Made by a program: the position numbers and the translations under genes. From Eledone cirrhosa (lineage: Eukaryota): a stretch of DNA of 64,000 bases. Shown here piece after piece: positions 27,327 to 40,089 of the stretch (position 1 is its first letter; every line of letters starts with the position of its first letter). The notes beneath the pieces are model-generated. The model was not told the origin of the DNA, made no database searches, and was given only the letters and a program-made list of their open reading frames with translations. The DNA lies in NCBI GenBank assembly GCA_964016885.1, contig OZ024742.1:260090001-260154000 (forward strand), in the 5' to 3' direction.

Positions 27327-27831
27327 TGGGCGGCGTGCCACAGCTTGAGATCGGTGTGGAAGTCGGACCTTCGTAAAGACCTGAAAATCCGCCTCTTCAT
27401 TGCTGTAGTGGAGTCTGTGCTGCTGTATGGGTCTGAGACTTGGACACTGACCAAGAAACTCACTCAGATGGTGGATGGGTGCTACACGAGAATGCTGAGG
27501 ATGGCTCTGAACATTAATCAGTATACACTGAGGATGAAAAACTCAGCTGTATGGGAGGCTCCCAAAAGTCAGCTCAAAAGTGACACAGAGGAGACTGAGG
27601 TTAGCTGGACATGCTCACCAACATCCAGAGTTGACATTGCACTCAGTGCTCCGGTGGGAGCCCCTACATGGACGCACTAGAAGAGGAAGACCAAGGTTAA
27701 CGTATGTTGATGCCCTAAGGACAGACACTGGTCTGTTGGAGATGCAGGACATGGCAGCGATGATGAGGGACAGAGACTGCTGGAGAGAACTCGTCCATGG
27801 ATCTCAGGAATTTTACCCGCCTTAGATAGAT
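27327..27831 (+). pseudogene. 3' fragment of a third RTE-like LINE family, frameshifted
   Basis: KIRLFIAVVESVLLYGSETWTLTK...RRLRLAGH...GRPRLTY; ends in a short tagat repeat. Confidence 0.8.
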
Positions 27832-28415
27832 ATATATATATATATAACATATATGACGTGTGTGTATATATTGTTATACACACACTCACACGCATATATA
27901 TATAATAATTATAGTATTAATAATAGTAATATTGAAACGAAGTCATCAGAAGAACAGATGTATCTCCGACTATTCTGTCACTCATTCAATGTTTTAATTA
28001 AGCCAGCATCACTAGGATACCAACCAGGAAAGCAGAGTGCACACTTATACGTTAGTAGTGAGAGAAAGGATTTCGTGTGGGTGGAGAATTTAATTCTCAG
28101 TCCACGGACTAATGCACTAGTTTCTGTTACCCCATCTGCGGTGACAGTCCATCTTGGACTGGCGTGCACAGAAATTAGGTAATGCTATTAAACATTACGT
28201 AATTGGTTAAAAGTAGCTTAATTGGCAGGGAGTTAGCCTCCTCAGAGCAGGTCAAACACCAGCCCACTGTTATTGGTGTGAGATCACTATTACAATAGTC
28301 AGCCTTACTTATAGTGTCATGTGACAGTGAAGGGGAGCTAAGCTAGTATTCCCTATATTTGAGGAACACGCTGTCACATTTTTACAAATTGAAAAGAGTA
28401 AAGATTATATGTATC

Positions 28416-28495
<80 letters not shown>

Positions 28496-28499
28496 TAGA

Positions 28500-28534
<35 letters not shown>

Positions 28535-28779
28535 CATCACCATCATCGTTTAATGTCTGTTTTCCATGCTAGCATAGAACAGGCTATCTCTTTGTGAGAG
28601 ATCAGGTCGGAGGACCGTGTTTCGCTCACACAGAACTGATTTTGGCTTGGTTTCTACAGCTGGATGCCCTTCCTAATGCCAACCACATTTACAGTGTATG
28701 TTGGGTGCTTTTTGTTGTGTCACTTACATGACCACTTTACCATGTAGGCTGGGAACTTTTTGTCGTGTTGCCAATATGA

Positions 28780-29370
28780 CCACTTTACACTTGTCTGAAA
28801 ATTCCAGCCAACTGATTTTACACACTCAGTGTGAATATTTAGTTGGCTGTGCTGTGTCTGAAGTAAGAACTGCACTGTTCATCAGCTAGCTTGGACATGA
28901 CAATCTCTCTGCATCTCTTTGTTAGACACATAGCATAGACTTTAACGGGGAGATCCCTCTGGATTTGGAACAATCTCTCCCTTTTTGAAACTGGAATTAT
29001 CACTCCCGATTGTGCCTTTCCAGAGATCCAGGCCACTCGATTCACACAGAGAATACCTTCTTTATTAAAGGCTTTTAACGTCCCAAACTGGATTTAATCT
29101 TCCTCAGCTGCCTTGCCACATTTCAGCTCTTTAACTGTTTTTGTGACCTCAGCCTCTGAGAGGTTAGTCACTGCTCCCAAATTCATCTTGTGTATATCAG
29201 ATGCTGTTGTGATCAGGTTTAGAAGATCAGCAAAGTATTCTCTCCACCTCATGAGGATGCACCTCTCTGAAGGGAGAACCCCAGCTGCATTCTTGATAGC
29301 AGGTGTGGAGGAGGTCTTTTTATTACAAAGTTGGAAAGGGTGTGCCAGAACACTTTCTTTGCTGATCTGA
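28780..29370 (-). pseudogene. Highly decayed LINE RT remnant
   Basis: Fragments RVAWISGK...GVIIPV and KVYAMCL.KRCREIV.SKL..EQ..F resemble an RT N-terminal region. Confidence 0.55.
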
Positions 29371-29594
29371 CGTCGGATTTCAGCTTAATGCTATGTCTTA
29401 ACAATTTTATAAGGGTAAACCTTAAAAACTTGTTTTTAAAAAATAAATATGCAAACGAAGGACACAACTCCAGGATCATCAGCCATTGAGATGGACTTTG
29501 GCAGTTTCAACCTGGGGTCACAGCGTCTGACATAAGCCAAATGCCATCCAGTGAAATAAGAGACGAGAGACATAACATTAATTTATAGCAATTG

Positions 29595-29626
<32 letters not shown>

Positions 29627-30162
29627 CATAATAAACAGCACAATATAATTATTTCATTAATGATGGTTTCAAGATTGTGTTGTTTATTATGTAATTAAAT
29701 AGCTCTGTACAATACACAGAGCACACTTCTTTCCTTTACCTTTTCTATGGAAATACTTAACACACACACACATATATATATAATATATATATATTTATAT
29801 CAAATTAAAAAACGGAGTTAAAGGCTCACGTTAATCGCCTATTATTTAATGAGCTCAAGGAATAGATTCTGGGCTCTTTATAAGAAAGTCTATCGAGAGA
29901 AATACACAAAGAGGTATGTGTTTAGGGGTTAGAGAACCACCAGAGGGAAAATCATATTGTCTATGAAAGGAAAGGAGAATACAGATCAATTAAAAGAATA
30001 AATTAAAATATACAAACCATCCAATAATAACTATAACACCTGGACATGTTTCGTAGACAATATCATTTTCACTTTGGTGGTTCTCTAACCCCTAAACACA
30101 TACCTCTTTGTGTATTTCTCTCTATATACTCTCCTATATATATTTATATGTGTATATATATA

Positions 30163-30207
<45 letters not shown>

Positions 30208-30221
30208 TTTATGTGTATATA

Positions 30222-33059
30222 TCAAAAAACGTGACAATCCCTGATCACCTATAGATCCGGGGAACACACAAGCCAGGTAGATTATATCCTTACCAGAAGA
30301 CGTGACAGAGTGTCTGTTGTAAACACTAAATCCCTCCCCCATGAAGAATGCACCTCCCAACATAGACTGATAATTAGCGACCTCATAGTCAGGACGAGAC
30401 GTACTCGACAGCAGAAGAGGACTATCCTCAGGAGGAAAATATGGAAGCTAAAGGACCCCACAGCCAGGAATAAATTTCAAAGCATATTACTTGATGCTTT
30501 CGACAGTAAGGAAGAGCATCTAGAGTCGGACAATATAGAGGGACAGTGGGAATTTCTGAAAGCAAACCTGCTGTTGGCGACAGACGAAGTCTGTGGCTGG
30601 AGCAGGCCTGTAGGCAGGAGGAGAGTAACATGGTGGTGGAACAGTAAGGTGGAGGGGTCAATTAAGGCCAAAAAGCAGGCTTGGAAAGTATGGCGGGATG
30701 GGGGAAGTAGAGTAGACTATCAAGTGGCCAGGAGGGAAGCTAGGAGAGAAGTGTACTTAGCAAGAAGGGAAGCTGAGGAAAGAAAGTTCAAGCATGTTCT
30801 ACAACGCGATGACCAAAAACGTGAGGTGTTCAGGATTGCTAGGCAATGCGTCAAGGAAAACCGTGATATTGTCGGGGAGAAGTGTGTACTTAACGATGAT
30901 GGCATACTTGCCATCACCGACACTGATAAGAAGGTAGCTTGGAAGTGTCACTATGAAAGGCTACTAAATGAGGAGAATAAATGGGAGAAAGACAGTCTCC
31001 TCCATATCGACCCAATAGAGGGACCAGCAGTGTTAGTCGAGGGGAGTATAATAAGTAAGGCAATCAAGGATATGAAGACGGGTAAGGCGGCTGGGCCTTC
31101 GGAAATAGTTGCTGAGATGCTGAAGGCATCTGGCACGGTGGGACACACCATGGTCACCCGCATAGTTAACCAAGTCGTACAGAATGGGGTTGTTCCGAAG
31201 GACTGGCATAGCAGCATCATCGTTAACTGTTATAAGGGTAAAGGAGATGCCCTAGATAGGAGTAACTATAGAGGCATTAAATTAATCGACCAGGTCATGA
31301 AGGTCACGGAAAAAGTAATAGCGCAACTAATCAGAGAGAGAATTGACCTAGATGAAATGCAGTTCGGGTTTGTGTCAGGCAAAAGCACCACAGACGCTCT
31401 TTTCATAGTACGACAACTACAGGAGAAGTACCTAGCTAAAGGTAAACCCCTCTACTTAGCTTTTGTCGACCTGGAGAAAGCCTTCGACAGAGTCCCCCGC
31501 TCCATTATCTGGTGGGCTCTTAGAAAACTAGGCGTTGACGAATGGCTTGTGAGGGCTATACAAGCCATGTATAAAGAAACAGTCAGCAAGGTTAGAATTA
31601 ACAACGAATATAGTGAAGAGTTTAGCGTAAAAGTTGGCGTCCATCAGGGCTCTGTTCTCAGCCCCCTACTATTTATTATTGCCCTTCAGGCTATAACAGA
31701 GGAGTTCAAGACAGGCTGCCCGTGGGAACTCCTATACGCAGACGACCTGACACTCATAGCGGAATCAATGGCCGAGCTAGAGAAGAAATTCCAAACATGG
31801 AAGCACGGCCTAGAGTCAAAAGGACTTAAAATTAACCTGGCTAAGACCAAAGTTCTAGTTTGTAGGAAAGAAAACAAGGCGGCGGTCCCTTCTGGGAAAT
31901 GGTCGTGCTCGGTGTGTAGGAAAGGCGTAGGTAGAAACTCCATTTTATGTCCTAAATGCAAAGTATGGGTGCATAAAAGATGTAGTGGGATCACAGGTAA
32001 GCTAACTAAGAACATAGATTTTACATGTGGCCGGTGTTCTGGTGCAATAAGTAGCAGCAAGTGCCCACAAAATACTAGCTCTTTCAATTGCGCAGAGGGT
32101 TCTATAGAAATAGTGGACAGCTTCCGTTACCTGGGCGATAAAATCAGCAGTGGGGGAGGGTGCTCTGAAAGTACTGTAGCTAGAGTCAGAACTGGTTGGA
32201 AAAAGTTCAGACAGCTTATACCACTATTAGCTGCTAAAGGGTTCTCCCTAAAAATGAAAGGCAGGTTGTACGATGCCTGCATACGAACAGCAATGTTGCA
32301 TGGCAGTGAGACCTGGGCATTGTGTGCAGAGGATATACGCAGACTAGAGAGGAACGAAGCTTGCATGCTCCGCTGGATGTGTAACAGTAATATACGTGAA
32401 CGGCAAAGCATAAACGAACTAAGGAAAAAATTAGAGATAAGAGGGATCAGATGTTGTTTACTCGAGAGAAGGCTACGTTGGTATGGACACGTGATGCGCA
32501 TGAAAGTCGATAGCTGTATAACAAAGTGCAGGGCAATAAAGATAGACGGTAGCCACAGAATAGGCAGACCTAGAAAAACCTGGGACGAGCTGATAAACTC
32601 CGACCTCACACACTTACACCTCTCCAAGACAATGTCACTGGACCGAGACCTTTGGCGGTACTCAGTAACAGAGAAGACCCGCCTTGCCAGTAGGCATCTC
32701 TAACAAAATACACCCCGTCCCGCTACCACCCCCACCCCATCCACACCACCCCGTTCTATGTAAAGTTATGTTGGTGCCGCGCCATCCAGGCCGAAACAAA
32801 TGAGATCGTGTAGGTGTCACGACAAAAAAACACACAGTCCACGCTGTAATGTGGCCGTGTAGGCAACACGGTAAAAACCTCCCAGACCCACACTGTAAAT
32901 GTGGTTGGTGTTAGGAAGGGCATCCAACTGTAGAAAACCTGCCAGACAGTCCTATGCGAGCAAGACAATCACTCTTGCCTCAAGTGGGACTACCCCCGTC
33001 CAAACCCATGCAAGCGTGGAACACGGACGTTAAACGTTGATGATGATGATGATGATGAT
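30222..33059 (+). mobile_element. Young RTE LINE truncated within the APE endonuclease
   Basis: Starts with the APE C-terminus (LITYRSG..SQVDYIL...QHRLI), has a full RT, a 3'UTR and a (GAT)n tail, and is flanked by (TA)n on both sides. Confidence 0.95.
30241..32703 (+). CDS. RTE ORF: partial APE endonuclease plus reverse transcriptase with internal PHD-like finger
   Basis: Uninterrupted frame with VTWWW, NYRGIKL, QFGF, DLEKAFD, QGSVLSP, YADD, YLG, RLRWYGH. No native start codon. Confidence 0.9.
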   Translation: MITYRSGEHTSQVDYILTRRRDRVSVVNTKSLPHEECTSQHRLIISDLIVRTRRTRQQKRTILRRKIWKLKDPTARNKFQSILLDAFDSKEEHLESDNIEGQWEFLKANLLLATDEVCGWSRPVGRRRVTWWWNSKVEGSIKAKKQAWKVWRDGGSRVDYQVARREARREVYLARREAEERKFKHVLQRDDQKREVFRIARQCVKENRDIVGEKCVLNDDGILAITDTDKKVAWKCHYERLLNEENKWEKDSLLHIDPIEGPAVLVEGSIISKAIKDMKTGKAAGPSEIVAEMLKASGTVGHTMVTRIVNQVVQNGVVPKDWHSSIIVNCYKGKGDALDRSNYRGIKLIDQVMKVTEKVIAQLIRERIDLDEMQFGFVSGKSTTDALFIVRQLQEKYLAKGKPLYLAFVDLEKAFDRVPRSIIWWALRKLGVDEWLVRAIQAMYKETVSKVRINNEYSEEFSVKVGVHQGSVLSPLLFIIALQAITEEFKTGCPWELLYADDLTLIAESMAELEKKFQTWKHGLESKGLKINLAKTKVLVCRKENKAAVPSGKWSCSVCRKGVGRNSILCPKCKVWVHKRCSGITGKLTKNIDFTCGRCSGAISSSKCPQNTSSFNCAEGSIEIVDSFRYLGDKISSGGGCSESTVARVRTGWKKFRQLIPLLAAKGFSLKMKGRLYDACIRTAMLHGSETWALCAEDIRRLERNEACMLRWMCNSNIRERQSINELRKKLEIRGIRCCLLERRLRWYGHVMRMKVDSCITKCRAIKIDGSHRIGRPRKTWDELINSDLTHLHLSKTMSLDRDLWRYSVTEKTRLASRHL

Positions 33060-33392
33060 ACATATATATATATATATATAATATATACATATATATATAT
33101 AATATATATATATATAATTTATACATATATATATATAATATGTATACATATACTTATATGCATATGTATATATATATATATATATGTATATACATATATA
33201 TATACATATACATATACATATATGCATATGTATATATATATATAATATATACATATATATATATATATGTGTGTGTGTGTAGATATATATATATGTATAT
33301 ATATGTAGATATATATATGTGTGCGTGTAGATATATATATATGTAGATATATATATGTGTATGTATGTATATATATATATATATATATATGA

Positions 33393-33792
33393 CCCCTTAG
33401 CCTTTGTCAAGGCAGAATTCTAAGAGAAGGAAAACTCTGATATAACACCTGCAACCCTGATGGTATCCAATGATGTTGACTTGTTCTTCTTTTTGGTAAA
33501 TATCATCTTGGTTAAGAGAGTGGGACTGGCTTTGTGCAGTGCCTTTGCTCACTATAAAAGCTTCACGGCACAGGCATTGCTTTATATCTGGAGATCTCTC
33601 TGCACTTGTCGTCACATGGTACCATGGGCCCAGCACTATGTGTCAATAATTGTCACAAGTGTAGTGTTTGTACCAGAGTTTTCAAGTCGCTGGCTGGACT
33701 AAAAAGTCACACTCGTTCAGCGCATCGGTAGGGGTTCTCCTACATGGATATAAAGTAGTGGCCGTACTCGAAAACGAGTTGGCAGCCACCAT
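33393..33792 (+). pseudogene. Probable LINE 3' end with a terminal C2H2 finger (RTE-BovB-like)
   Basis: One frame ends CSVCTRVFKSLAGLKSHTRSAHR-stop followed by a short UTR; flanked by microsatellites. Confidence 0.5.
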
Positions 33793-33863
33793 GTGCATGT
33801 AGGTATATATATATATGTATGTATACATATATGTATATATATATGTGTGTGTGTGTTTATATG

Positions 33864-33916
<53 letters not shown>

Positions 33917-34484
33917 ATATATATATATGTGTGTGTGTGTGTGTATATATATATGTGTGTGTGTGTATATATATATGTGTGTGTTTATATATTTATATAT
34001 ACATGTTTGTTTTATAGCTGGGCAGCCTTCATTACAGCAAACTTTTAGTCGCTTTACAACATGCAGGGATAAGGTATAACTATTTTAAACTGGATGGACA
34101 CGGACACACACATATATATATATATCCGTATATATATATATATAACTTGAAAAAAATCTCCCAAAATATATAATATAAAGTAATTAAATGGTGTTATACC
34201 AAAACAATGAAATGTTTTATTCAGTGCTGATATTAAATATTTATTAAAACATTGAACATTGAACAGGTGGAATAATCAAAAACTTACAAAGTAAAAATAT
34301 CTTGCTTAAATTTGAATATTTTTGCATATCTCTTGCATAATTTCTTAAGAAATTAAACACCAACATTTAGTTTCTTCCTCTACTTTTCTTCTCCACTCTT
34401 TTGATTCACATAGCAATATGTATTGTTGTTGATATTGGTGTTGGTAGTGTTGTTGTTGGTGGTGGTGTTGGTGTTGTTATTGGT

Positions 34485-35325
34485 AGTGATAGTGGTGTTT
34501 TTGTGTTGGTGGTGGTGATAGTGGTGTTTTTGTGTTGGTGGTGTTGTTATTGGTAGTGATAGTGGTGTTTTTGTGTTGGTGGTGGTGATAGTGGTGTTTT
34601 TGTGTTGGTGGTGGTGATAGTGGTGTTTTTGTGTTGGTGGTGGTGATAGTGGTGTTTTTGTGTTGGTGGTGGTGATAGTGGTGTTTTTGTGTTGGTGGTG
34701 GTGATAGTGGTGTTTTTGTGTTGGTGGTGGTGATAGTGGTGTTTTTGTGTTGGTGGTGGTGATAGTGGTGTTTTTGTGTTGGTGGTGTTGTTATTGGTGG
34801 TGATAGTGGTGTTTTTGTGTTGGTGGTGGTGATAGTGGTGTTTTTGTGTTGGTGGTGGTGATAGTGGTGTTTTTGTGTTGGTGGTGTTGTTATTGGTAGT
34901 GATAGTGGTGTTTTTGTGTTGGTGGTGGTGATAGTGGTGTTTTTGTGTTGGTGGTGGTGATAGTGGTGTTTTTGTGTTGGTGGTGTTGTTATTGGTGGTG
35001 ATAGTGGTGTTTTTGTGTTGGTGGTGGTGATAGTGGTGTTTTTGTGTTGGTGGTGTTGTTATTGGTAGTGATAGTGGTGTTTTTGTGTTGGTGGTGGTGA
35101 TAGTGGTGTTTTTGTGTTGGTGGTGTTGTTATTGGTAGTGATAGTGGTGTTTTTGTGTTGGTGGTGGTGATAGTGGTGTTTTTGTGTTGGTGGTGGTGAT
35201 AGTGGTGTTTTTGTGTTGGTGGTGTTGTTATTGGTGGTGATAGTGGTGTTTTTGTGTTGGTGGTGGTGATAGTGGTGTTTTTGTGTTGGTGGTGGTGATA
35301 GTGGTGTTTTTGTGTTGGTGGTGGT
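34485..35325. repeat. 29-bp minisatellite (ggtggtgatagtggtgtttttgtgttggt) with a 12-nt insertion variant
   Basis: More than 20 near-identical tandem units. Confidence 0.95.
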
Positions 35326-36590
35326 AGTGGTGGTGGTGTAGTTGTTGTTGGTGGCGGTGGTGGTGGTGTAGTTGTTGTTGGTGGTGGTGGTGGTGGTGTA
35401 GTTGTTGGCGGTGGTGGTGGTGTAGTTCTTGGCGGTGGTGGTGGTGGTGGTGTAGTTGTTGCTGGTGGTGGTGGTGTAGTTCTTGGCGGTGGTGGTGGTG
35501 TAGTTGTTGGTGTTGGTGGTGGTGGTGGTGTAGTTGTTGGCGGTGGTGGTGGTGTAGTTGTTGGTGGTGGTGGTGTAGTTGTTGCTGGTGGTAGTGGTGT
35601 AGTTGTTGGTGGTGGTGTTGTTGATGGTGGTGGTAGTGGTGTAGTTCTTGGCGGTGGTGGTCTTGTAGTTGTTGGTGGTGGTGTAGTTGTTGGTGGTGGT
35701 GTGGTTGTTGGTGTAGTTGGTGGTGGTGGTGTGGTTGGTGTTGGTGGTGTAGTTGGTGGTCGTCTTGTAGTTGTTGGTGGTGGTGTAGTTGTTGGTGGTG
35801 GTGTGGTTGTTGGTGTAGTTGGTGGTGGTGGTGTGGTTGGTGTTGGTGGTGTAGTTGGTGGTCGTCTTGTAGTTGTTGGTGGTGGTGTGGTTGTTGGTGT
35901 AGTTGGTGGTGGTGGTGTGGTTGGTGTTGGTGGTGTAGTTGGTGGTGGTCTTGTAGTTGTTGGTGGTGGTGTAGTTGGTGGTGGTGTAGTTGTTGTTGTT
36001 GGTGGTGGTGTAGTTGTTGGTGGTGGTGTAGTTGTTGGTGGTGGTGTGGTTGTTAGTGGTGGTGGTGTGGTTGGTGGTTTTGTGGTTGTTGTTGGTGGTG
36101 GTGGCGTGGTTGGTGATGGTATGGGTGTTGGTGGTGTAGTTGTTGGTTATGGTGGTGGTGTTGGTTATGGTGGTGTGGTTAGTGATGGTGGTGTAGTTGT
36201 TGGTGATGGTGTTGGTGGTGGTGGTGTAGTTGTTGGTGATGGTGGTGTGGTTGGTGATGGTGTAGTTGGTGGTGTTTGTAGTCTTGTTACTGGTAGCGGT
36301 CTTGGTGGTAGTGGTGTGGAGTGATGGTGTTGTTGTTGTTGGTGTGGTTGTTGTTACTGTTTTTGTAACTGGTTGTTTTGGTTGTTATTGGTGTTGTTGT
36401 TGCTGCTGGTCTTGTTGTTGTTACTGCTGGTCTTGTTGTTGTTGTTGTTGTTACTGCCAGTCTTGTTGTTGTTGTTACTACTGGTCTTGTTGTTGTTGCT
36501 GCAGCTGCTCTTGTTGTTGTTACTTTTTGGTCTTGTTGTTGTTGTTACTGCTGGTCTTGTTGTTGTTACTGCTGGTCTTGTTGTTTAGTT
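35326..36590. repeat. (GGT/GTT)n degenerate trinucleotide array
   Basis: G/T-only triplet tract with internal higher-order duplications. Confidence 0.9.
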
Positions 36591-36697
36591 CTTTCCATAT
36601 TGTGTGATAAGAATTAGAATAAATAATAACTGAAAGGGGAAAAATTGAAACCCAAATCATGTTAAAAATGGAATGGAGCTCTGTTGGTTTGCGTTTT

Positions 36698-36920
36698 ATA
36701 ATAATGGTTCGTATATAGGCACAAGGCCAGCAATTTGGGGGGGCGGGGCAAGTCAATTAAACCGACCCCAGTGCGTGACTGGTACTTTATTTTATCGACC
36801 CCGTAAGGATGAAAGGCAAAGGTAACCTCAGCGGGATTTGAACTCAGATCGTAAAGGGCCGTAACTCTATGCTGCAAAGCATGGCGTCCGACCTTCTACC
36901 GATACTGCCAATCCACCGCC
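36698..36920 (-). mobile_element. Near full-length, young Nin-like SINE
   Basis: Most CpG-intact copy of the 5524 family, including the cactggggtcgg...ccccaaattgctggcc segment. Confidence 0.85.
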
Positions 36921-37689
36921 ATCATAATAATAATAATATGATAGTTATGATGATGTGTATGTTGGACCTCTATCAGTTCCAGCTGTTTGTTCCAGCTGTT
37001 TGACCAACAGAACAGATGCTCATGAAATTAATATGCATGTAGCTGAGTATTCTATAGACTTGTATACACATAATGTTGTTCTCTGGGAAATTCAGCGTGA
37101 CATGGTATGTGACAAGGCTGGCACTTTGAATCACAGATACACCTAATTTTTTTCAATATGAAATAAAGTTTCTTGCTTAATGGCACAATACACCACCCAA
37201 AGTTGAACTCACAACCTTTAACATTGTGAGCCAAACACCCTAATCACTAAACCACATACGTCGACTATGATTATGATAATAAAATATATACTAAATTCTG
37301 TGTTTATCTGGTTTAGAATTGGTACACTTTATCCTTGTGTCATAAAAGGAGACTAAAAGGATTGGTGCCAAGAAAGGCATCTGGATGTAAAACATTACCA
37401 CAAACAGATTCCATGATGAGTGTGAAGACTGTTGTAGGAGTCACAAAGCTAAACCCTGATGACCCTTGTTTGCCGTTTAGTTTTTCTTGAAATTTCTTCT
37501 AAAGAAATACAGAATTTTTAATATGAAAACTAATAATAAAAGGCAGCCTCCCTCTCTTGCCTCTCCTCTCCTCTCAACAAGCAACATGTAACTTACCCTC
37601 TCACCCTCATATCAGTTAAGACACACTCTGTTTAGCCTCAGAATGTGACAATTTATCTAACCCATGCCATCATGGGAATTAGATGTAAA

Positions 37690-37890
37690 ACGATGATGTT
37701 AATGATTATGATAATGATAATGATGATGATGATGATGATAGTTATGATGGTGTTGATGATGATTGTAATGATGACAGTTATGATGCTGATGATGATGATG
37801 ACAATTATGGTGATGATGATGGTAATAATGACAATTATGATGGTGGTGATGATGGTAATGATGACAATTATGATGGTGTTAATGATAAAA
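37690..37890. repeat. (ATG)-rich degenerate microsatellite following an RTE-like tail
   Basis: gatgat/ataatg array. Confidence 0.85.
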
Positions 37891-38610
37891 GATCTGCTAA
37901 ATAATGATTGTAGCTAAGATAATGAGTAGTTGTCTTTAATAAAGAAAATATTATATTTCCATTTCATGATTTTCAGACAAATTTCATTTCTTTTGGACTT
38001 TTCTTCAGAAATTCTTTGAATGAATTTCAATTCTGATTAACTGATAAAATAGTTTATAGAAGAAGAATAAAGAAATAAATGCATTAAGCAATGTATTTTT
38101 AATACAAAAAGCCAAAAAGACATAATTTGCATACTGTAAATTTTATTTTTGTTTCATACGTAATCATCTTCTGTAAAATAAATAAATACTTTTAAAACAT
38201 GTTGATAGAGTTTACTCAGTTGAATTATAGCAAAATAAGTGTGTGTGTGTGTATATAGATAGATAGAAAGAAAGATAGAGGAGTTATAAAGTTAATCTTC
38301 CTCATGCCAAGAGGCTCATTAGGCCAGTGTTTATTCTGGTTTAGAGTTTTGTTGTGATAGGAAGAGGATTTAACCATAGAAAACTTGCCCAACAGAGGGT
38401 GGAGTGAACTTTTAAATTATGTCAAAAACATGACAACCTCCCTAGTGCTGGTGCTACAATACAATGTACCCAGTTGAGTGCAGGAATGCATGTGAAATGT
38501 GGTCCCCACCCTCATGCCTGTCTGAGACATCAGTAGTTCTAATTAAGTAGTGACTTGGTCTATGATAACTTGTTCAACTGTTGCTGGTAGGGAAAATGGA
38601 TGTTAAATGT

Positions 38611-38642
<32 letters not shown>

Positions 38643-39453
38643 GCTCAAAATATTGTAACATAGAAGGCAGAATTGATTATCGTTATGAAAACACTTGTAT
38701 TTCTTTCACAAACCCCAGCCTTTACACAGTCTCTACAGATTCCTGAAATTAATGTTTTTTTCTTTTATTTATTTATTTTTTTTTTAGTTAGTCAACATGT
38801 TCAACAGTATAGAATTTTCAATAATAATAATAATAATAATGATTTCTTTATTTCAATAATAATGATAACAATATTATTATTAATAATAATAATGTTGATG
38901 ATAATAACAATAATATATGTGATTTAAATATTTATTAAGAAACAAATGAACCCTTCTTTACTTCTTTCCATGTAAAATATATAAAGTTATTGTAACTAGG
39001 ATATAAACAATAAGTAAAGCTACTACAGTTAGTGTGGATGTAGTGTTGCTGATTGGTTGAGGAGTTCATTTCATAATCATTAGGTCACTAGTTTAATGAC
39101 ACCATATCACATCTTGGGCAAGTATCATTCTCGGGTACAACCATGCCTTGTGGGTGAAATTCCAGTAGATGGAAACTGTTTGGAAGCCTATCAGATGAAT
39201 TTTATCTGTAATTCAAAGGACCAGTCACACACTGTCATACTGAACCCCCCAGAGAATTATGTTATGGCTACAAATGTCTGTGAAATGCTCAGTCACTTAA
39301 ACGTTAATTTCAAGAGCAGGCTGTCCTATTGATCAAACAACTGGAACATTCATTGTTGAAAATTATGGAGATCTATTCTACTCCAGTTCATGTCGAGTAA
39401 GCTGAAGACAGTAATCAACCATAATAATACACCATATGTTTGTATATTTATAT

Positions 39454-39804
39454 CAGGGTTGTGCAACATATTCCATTGACGGACCACATTGGAACAACTA
39501 TTAGGGCCAGTCACTGTCAGAAATATGTAATCTAATGAAAACCAGTGAATTGAGTCATAAATACATTGTGAATACATTTTTAAACAATAAAGACAAATAA
39601 CATGGAACTGGGAAATTATATCACACATAACACTATCAGTGAATCCCTTTAGTATAGGTTAACTAACAGAAAATTGTATTACGGTTACGAAAAAAAATTC
39701 TAAATAAGCCTACAAGGTAAAAATTAAAAACAGTCATTGCGGTCCACTCTTACTGGTCTGGTGGGCCGGATTGTGGCCTGCGGGCCACCTGTTGCATGCC
39801 CCTG
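39454..39804. mobile_element. hAT-type MITE
   Basis: Imperfect TIRs cagggttgtgcaac / gttgcatgcccctg, subterminal ggcc.gcgggcc motif, exact 8-bp TSD atttatat (39446-39453, 39805-39812). Confidence 0.85.
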
Positions 39805-40089
39805 ATTTATATCATCATCGTCATCATCATTTTACATCCGCTTTTCCCATCTTGCAAGGCTGGGACTTATATATATATATATATATATATATATTTCTGT
39901 GAAGGCGTATGGCTTAGTGGTTAGATTCTCAGACTGGGTGATGTGTTGCGTCCTTGAGCAAGACACTTTATTTCATGTTGCTCCAGTTTACTCAGCTGTA
40001 GAAATAAGTTGTGACATCACTGGTGCCAAGATATCAGCCATAGCCTTTCTCTTGGACAACATCGGTGGTGTGGAGAGGTGACACTGTCA

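Noticed and set aside
35701-36617. Gly/Val-rich and poly-Cys/Leu ORFs
   Set aside because: Products of GGT/GTT triplet repeats, with no splice or domain evidence.
37645-37917. Met-rich ORF
   Set aside because: ATG microsatellite derived from a retroposon tail.
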